DNA of 61,403 nt, counting the filler, from Sluysia triapertura (taxonomy: Eukaryota), in NCBI GenBank assembly GCA_046118255.1. It is 5 parts of 5 records of this genome, joined end to end, with 100 filler letters (N's around TTAATTAATTAA, not from the genome) between each part and the next. Parts side by side here need not be neighbours in the genome. Positions count along the whole stretch, not along the records: positions 50,012 to 61,403 come from JBJNIA010185169.1; 4 more parts are not named here. One strand, given 5' to 3'. The translations under genes were made by a program, and so were the position numbers. Below the pieces are notes generated by a model that saw nothing but the letters and a program-made list of their open reading frames with translations, was not told where the DNA came from and did no database searches. Positions within the stretch are counted from its first letter, which is position 1. Every line of letters starts with the position of its first letter. This document shows positions 55,901 to 61,403 of this stretch, piece after piece.

Positions 55901-56720
55901 GTTAGATGTTCCTTTAGTTCTTTGAATGCTTTTGTCTGCTTTTCAGTCCATTTAAATTCCACGCCATTTTTTGTTACCTTTCTAAGGGCTTGTGCAATTT
56001 TTGCAAAATTTCTAACAAACCTCTTATAACAATTAGCTAAACCTAGTAAACTCTGAACCTTTTTAACGTTGTCTGGTTGAGAGAACTTGATCACGTTTTC
56101 AATATTTCTCGGGTTTGGTTTAATACCATCTTTAGATACTCTATATGTCCTAAGAATTCGAGCTTTTCTTCTTCTCATACACATTTTATAGGTTTTATCT
56201 TAAGTCTGGCAACTTCTAACCTTTTCAGAATATTATCTATATCCTCTAAATGAGTTATAAAATCCTTTGAGAATATTATAATGTCATCTATATATACCAT
56301 GACATTCTTACATCCTGATACTACAAAATTCATGCAACGTTGAAAAGTTGCCGGTGTGCCAGTTAAACCAAAGGGCATTTTTTCTGCTATCTCTATCTGC
56401 CAATATCCACTTTGTAAATCTATAGTTGTAAAATATGTAACATTCCCTAATTTGTCTAACATCTCGTCTATTCGTGGTAGTGAGAATACATATTTTCGAG
56501 TAATCTTATTCAATTCTCTGAAATCTATACAGAATCGTATCGTGCCATCCTTCTTTTTAACGAGTAATACTGGTGATGAAAAAGGAAAGAAACTTGGTCT
56601 TATCACTCCAACCTTTTTCATAGTATCAATTTGATCTTGCATTTCTTTTTGATTACAAATAGGATTTCTGTAAGGTTTCCTTCGAATTACTTTATCCTCT
56701 GTTAGTGGTATTTCGTGTTT
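55900..56720 (-). pseudogene. Gypsy reverse transcriptase
   Basis: SSPVLLVKKKDGTIRFCIDFRELN, DLQSGYWQI, MPFGL..TPATFQR, VYIDDIIIFS; internal deletion and frameshifts. Confidence 0.96.
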
Positions 56721-57239
56721 TATAATTACAGAATCTCCAATATCATATTTGTTTTTTGAAATTGCTCTTGGATACTTATATATAACTTCGTATAGTTGTT
56801 CTTTTTGTTTTTTAGTTAGATTTTTGTTATTAATTTGAATTTCTCCGTAATCTTCTTCTGTGTGTCACGTTGTAATTTTATTGTATTAGTTTTCATATCT
56901 GTCACTGTGTTAATATGTGTTGGTATTTTATAATTAACAATTCTTCCCAATTTAGTGCCTGTAAATAACCATTTATTATCGTTATTATAATTTATAAGTC
57001 GAACGGGTATTTTTTTCTTCACAATTATTACATATTGAATCTGCAATACCTATATCCAGTTTCTGAATCTTTAAACATAATTGGGCCAGTTAATGAACTA
57101 TTTGTTTTTGCTGGGCATTATGTATTCGGTTCTACTTAATAACCACAATGGTTCGTCAACATAAACGTCATCATCGTCGATAGTTCTATTTGAATAACTG
57201 TCCATTCGTTTGACAATATCAAAATCTAGTATTACTCCT

Positions 57240-57480
57240 TTTAGTTGTGATAGTATATCCATTCCCAGTATCATGTCTTCTGGACATTTTTTTGACTCTC
57301 AATTTTACGTCAACTTTACTCTGTCCTATTTTGCACACAACCTTCATTACTCCAACAATGTGTATGGCATCTCCAGTTACTCCTGATAAATGTGAAAAAT
57401 GATTTGCAAGGTTTCCTTGTTCCTTTTCTGTCAATTGTTTTCATTAATTAATGATGTTACTGCTCCTGTATTATCATATA
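57240..57480 (-). pseudogene. Canonical (pre-RT) aspartic protease, decayed
   Basis: NTGAVTSLIN (57461-57472; D to N at the catalytic site), flap LSGVTGDAIHIVG, and EDMILGMDIL in a shifted frame. Confidence 0.8.
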
Positions 57481-57679
57481 TACTACATTTGGGGATTTGG
57501 ATAAAATTTATCTCTTTGAGTATCTTTTTGTATGTCATTTCGTGATCTTCTAAGATTTTCCTTTAATTCTTCAATTTCTTCATTTTCATCATTTTGAATT
57601 GTTTGCAATGCTACATTTTCATTTTCCGTTCTTGTTCTTTCATTTCTTAACACATTTATTTGTGAATTAGCATGGTGGT

Positions 57680-58926
57680 GTAACAAATACTTTGCGTTGT
57701 TACTGGTTCTAAATAAGTTTCTATTTTTCCATATATTATTGGTAATTCATTTAACTTCCACTTTTTTATACCTATAAGTGTGTAGTACTTCTTCCGTTAA
57801 TCTACAAATACGCCTTCTTCTAAGGGTAATAATTGTGCAACCAGATCGGGATTTGTTATGACTACTGCCAGTTTTGTACGTAGTATTTCTTTGTTCAGCC
57901 GGCAATCCCGAGCATTTATAATTTGATAAATTTTTTCTAAAGACATAAACACAAGATGATAGTAGAAGTCTGTCTTATTATTAAAATAACTATTTAATTT
58001 TATATTTTTTGAATCTATTCCTTCTTTGGCCTGTAATATTGTTTTTTCAGAAAGGTAAATACCTTGATATTTGGTTTCGATAATTTCATTTCCAAATCTT
58101 ATTATTGTTCCTTTTGATTTGAAAATTAATCCATCTTCTTTTTTACTGGCCATCATAATGGTAGGAGTTCCTATTTAATCTAATGTTTTACGTTGTAGTT
58201 GTTCCTTTTTGTTTATTTCTTCAATTGGTAGATCATCATTATTCTGGTAGACAAATCCGGATGCTAAATTTGTTTATTTGTTTAAAAATATTAAAGGACA
58301 CTGAAACTTATCCAATTCATATATTAGAGTGGTTTCACTTGTATCACAACTTGTTTGATCCATTTGGCAAAATGATCTAGACATCAATGTGTTTTTTTCA
58401 ATATCAAAACTTTCATTAAATGATTTCATACTTACTACAAAAGTTTCTTGAGCTACAACATTGTTATATTTTTTTTCCTTCATATTCTATAGATCCTTGT
58501 TCGCATGTTCCATCTGTCAGCACGTTTCCGGTAGTCCTAATATTATAAATAATTTTTTCATTATTTCTTACTCTTAATTTATCTCCTTCAACCAATCCTA
58601 TATATCCGGTCTCGAAAGCATCTCTACAATTATTCGGTAAAATCTTGAATGGTTTTAATACATGCGGTAACTCTATTATCGATGAATGACTATGGTGTCT
58701 ACAATATTGCCACTGATCTTTTTACCATACATTCTCTAACCAGTGCTGTTATCAAATTTCCTTCTTGGTAAACACTAAAGACTTTAGTTTCTTTTATCTG
58801 GATTCTAATGGGTCGAGATTCCGAGCAGTCTTCCGTATCTAGTAATGAGAACTTCTTGCCAACTTGTGGTTGATTACAATCAAAAGCTTTTATTGAACCA
58901 GATTTGTTTATATCAAACATAGCCAA
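57680..58926 (-). pseudogene. Envelope glycoprotein of chuvirus type (predicted class III/gB-like), C-terminally truncated
   Basis: Ordered motifs AFDC..FSLLDTEDC, ECMVKRS, YCRHHSHSS, CRDAFETG, GNVLTDGTC, NNVVAQ, YFNNK, DCRLNKEIL...NPD, EEVLHTY, NELPI match the motif order I recall for Chuviridae glycoproteins (GYDC..LSLLDVGEC, YCGMHSH, DGxC, NVVVQ, YxNSK, CxLERQxL, GEVxH, CYNELPV). Confidence 0.8.
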
Positions 58927-58931
58927 TATTA

Positions 58932-59400
58932 TTATCCTAATCGTGGTATAGCTGTATTTAACATATTATTGTTTCCGAATAAGTTTGTAAATAAATTTGA
59001 TGTTTCTTTGAGTTTTTGATTCTCTTTTCCTTTAATTATATCTCTCCATCCTCCTTGTTCTTCAATCCATAACTTTGTTTTCTTATTAACAAATGCTATA
59101 ACCTTATTTACTTTATTCTTATCAATTATCCTTTCCTTATTACATTGAAACACGGTGTAAGCTAAAATTATTTTAAATCTTTCTCTATTTATCTCCTTAC
59201 TAAGTTTTTTTATTAAATATTGATTTACACTGTCCATTCTCTATAAAATTACCAACTTCTTTGTCCTTATATTTCTCCTCTAATTGTTTTATAAGTTTTA
59301 TTATTGTACTCTTATAGTCCTTTATTTTGGGTAATAATTTCTTATATTTACTGAAGTGTGTAAACGTATTAGATAGAAACGCATAGACTACATTTTTTGT
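58932..59400 (-). pseudogene. Bcl-2-like domain
   Basis: BH2 WIEEQGGW (59046-59069) preceded at Bcl-2-like spacing by a decayed BH1, EINRERFKIILAY (consensus NWGRIVALFxF); upstream helices frameshifted. Confidence 0.7.
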
Positions 59401-59679
59401 ATCTAATTCTAAAATTTCTTCTTCATTTTCGTCTATTATTTAATTGTCAAATCTATAACGTTTTTTCGAACAGTATATCTTCTTCATTTTTTAATTGTAT
59501 TTGTTTCCTTGTGGCTGGTTTCAATGTGTGGATTTTTGTTAAGATCCACTATATAATCAGGTTCTTCTATTGTGTCATTATTTTTAGTTATTTCATTATC
59601 ATTTTCATCCATTAATTGTCTTAAGAATGACTGATATATTTTCGAATAAGGTTTCATATTGGGTAGTCTTGTTGGTAGT

Positions 59680-59900
59680 AACAGCTTTTATTAGTTTCTC
59701 TTGGTTCCCTAATGGGTAACCATAATTGTTAAGAATGTCTGTAGGAATTAAATATCTGTTATCATAGAATAAGTCCACGTTCGAAATTGATGGATCATTC
59801 GATTTTATTATGTTAATAATGTCTTGAACCAAAGAATTTACTGATAATTCCATAAAAATATTGATAAGTCCATTTAATGATATATTAATTTTCATTAACA
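59680..59900 (-). pseudogene. Ubiquitin-like domain
   Basis: MKINISLNGLINIFMELSVNSLVQDIINIIKS..VDLFYDNRYLIPTDILNNYG follows the ubiquitin beta-grasp pattern (MQIFV..ITLEV...TIENVK..I...LIFAGKQLEDGRTLSDYN). Confidence 0.6.
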
Positions 59901-60392
59901 TACGTGGATCAGTTTTTCTTTCCATTAATGCAATCTTTTTAAATATCTTTCTTGCTTTATATTGATGAGGGTTGCTGGATTCACTTAATATAATCAAGCT
60001 TGGTTTGATACTCTGTGCATTAAACATATTTTTAAACATCTAAATTCAAAATTTTATCCAAATTTTTATCTATAAAAGTCATCATTTTCTAATTCAGTAA
60101 GAAATGCCTTTATCTCTTCAATCAATGATGGTTCTGGAGTATCCATTTTTCTTTGGTTATCCAAGTCAACTATTTGTTCTTCCTCTTCATTACCTAATAT
60201 AATTATTGAATCTAAATCTTCAATTATATCATCGACTAGGTCATCTTCATTAATTGACTCATCTGTTTGGGTGGTTAATTCTTCTTCGTTTATTGTGTTA
60301 TTATCTTTTCCCATCTTCTAATAATTGCATCGACCTTCTTATTTTCTTCTTCTATCTCTTCCGTAGTTATTTTCTGTTGTTTTTTACTACTC

Positions 60393-61000
60393 TCAACGTT
60401 TTCTTTTTATCTTCATACTCCTTTTACGAAAGAAGTAATTGATGAACGTTTCATCCTCGTCTTCTTGTTCTATCTTTCTCCTTTCTTCGTTTATATCCAT
60501 ACAATCTAGTTTTGCTCTACGAAACTCACGTAACATTTCTTCTTCTTCATATGTTAGTCTTATTGGATATTTTTCTAAACCAAAGTCTTCATAATCTTCA
60601 TCATAATTACAATTTATCTGTCGCTTGTCTTCAAACTTTACTTTTATTGGACAACGTTGTCTGTTTTTATTGAGATTTTGTTTGAAGGTTTCGGATTTCA
60701 ACTTGTTGAAATTGCAGGCATAGTGTCCTGGTTTGTTACAGTTATGGCATATTATTTCTCCTTCGGTATTAGTTCTTGTTTTGTAATTATTATAATTTGA
60801 TCGGAAAGAACTTTTACTTCTATCGAAATTATTTCTTTGTCCATCATTACTTGGCCATCTGGGAGAGGGTCGTTGCTTGTCATCTTTAGAACCATTGTTC
60901 GAATAATTTTTGGCAAATCCCTTTGTGGCCCTTCTTGAATTTTGATAGTTTATCTCTGAATTCTGATTATCTCTTTCTGTTCCTGAATTATGAAAATTAT
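60393..61000 (-). pseudogene. Gag C-terminus with nucleocapsid zinc knuckle, followed by an acidic/charged region
   Basis: N/R/S-rich linker then RTNTEGEIICHNCNKPGHYACNF (CX2CX4HX4C with the last Cys lost, 60708-60749), in frame with ORF 60393-60701. Confidence 0.8.
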
Positions 61001-61403
61001 TTATTTACTTTATTTTAATTTTTACTTAAAATAATAAAATAAAAAAGATTACCACATGCATGGACCTTATGTTCATTGCGGGTAATATTGTGTGATTGTA
61101 CCACTATGTTGTAAAATTTTTAAATTTTTCATTTTATACTCTTTCATAATCCCAAGTCTCACAATCAAATACTCTCTCACACAAATCATCAAAACTTCTT
61201 TGAGAATTAAACCGGTAATAACAACTTTGACAATTACATGGTACGGTCAGTCAAACATCGTTATGTACAAAACACACGAATATGATTTATTATCAACCAT
61301 AATTTTCTTTTCTTTAATCAATCTATTTGTTGGGATTAGTAAAGAATAAGGGTTGATAGAAGGGTCAAAACTTAGGACTGCAGTGTCAGTGGAACATTAT
61401 TAA

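Larger units (their letters stand above)
52690..61000 (-). mobile_element. Decayed Ty3/gypsy (Metaviridae) LTR retroelement with UBL, Bcl-2-like, chuvirus-type glycoprotein and second protease cargo
   Basis: Collinear minus-strand fragments: zinc knuckle, UBL, BH1/BH2, glycoprotein, PR, RT (YIDD), RNase H, HHCC-DDE-GPY integrase, second DTGA protease. The PR-RT-RH-IN order defines gypsy-type pol. Many frameshifts and stops. Weak PPT (GATGGGGAAA 52699-52708) then TGTAAATA. 5' gag and 5' LTR absent. Confidence 0.92.

Noticed and set aside
30220-59400. Apparent apoptosis cluster (DAPK1 plus Bcl-2-like)
   Set aside because: They lie on different contigs separated by two artificial linkers, so co-occurrence is meaningless
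1-61403. Species assignment (e.g. triclad flatworm)
   Set aside because: AT richness, ATT microsatellites, tiny introns and giant-gypsy-like cargo are compatible with it, but the sequence alone cannot establish the taxon

Overview
Very AT-rich animal (invertebrate) genomic DNA. The window is not contiguous: four identical 100-bp linkers (44 N + TTAATTAATTAA + 44 N) join five unrelated segments, and there is one plain N gap. Segment 1 (1-14308) holds repeat debris only: a solo LTR with a 5-bp TSD, a mariner 3' end and a foldback-like element. Segment 2 (14409-26481) holds four internal exons of the ciliary gene CFAP57/WDR65, TE remnants, an intronless tandem ubiquitin-like ORF and a pogo/Tigger relic. 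Segment 3 (26582-37514) holds the 3' exons of a DAPK1-like gene (ROC-COR-death domain) and an SRSF1-like pseudogene fragment. Segment 4 (37615-49911) holds three phase-compatible 3' exons of an unidentified gene plus piggyBac and Tc1/mariner relics. Segment 5 (50012-61403) holds the main finding: a decayed minus-strand Ty3/gypsy (Metaviridae) LTR retroelement with an unusual cargo order. It reads gag zinc knuckle - acidic/coiled region - ubiquitin-like domain - Bcl-2-like domain - chuvirus-type envelope glycoprotein - protease - RT - RNase H - integrase - second aspartic protease - unknown ORF. The env-like and anti-apoptotic-like genes lie between gag and pol, and seem to have been one polyprotein. 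Family calls come from motif recognition by eye; no database search was run.
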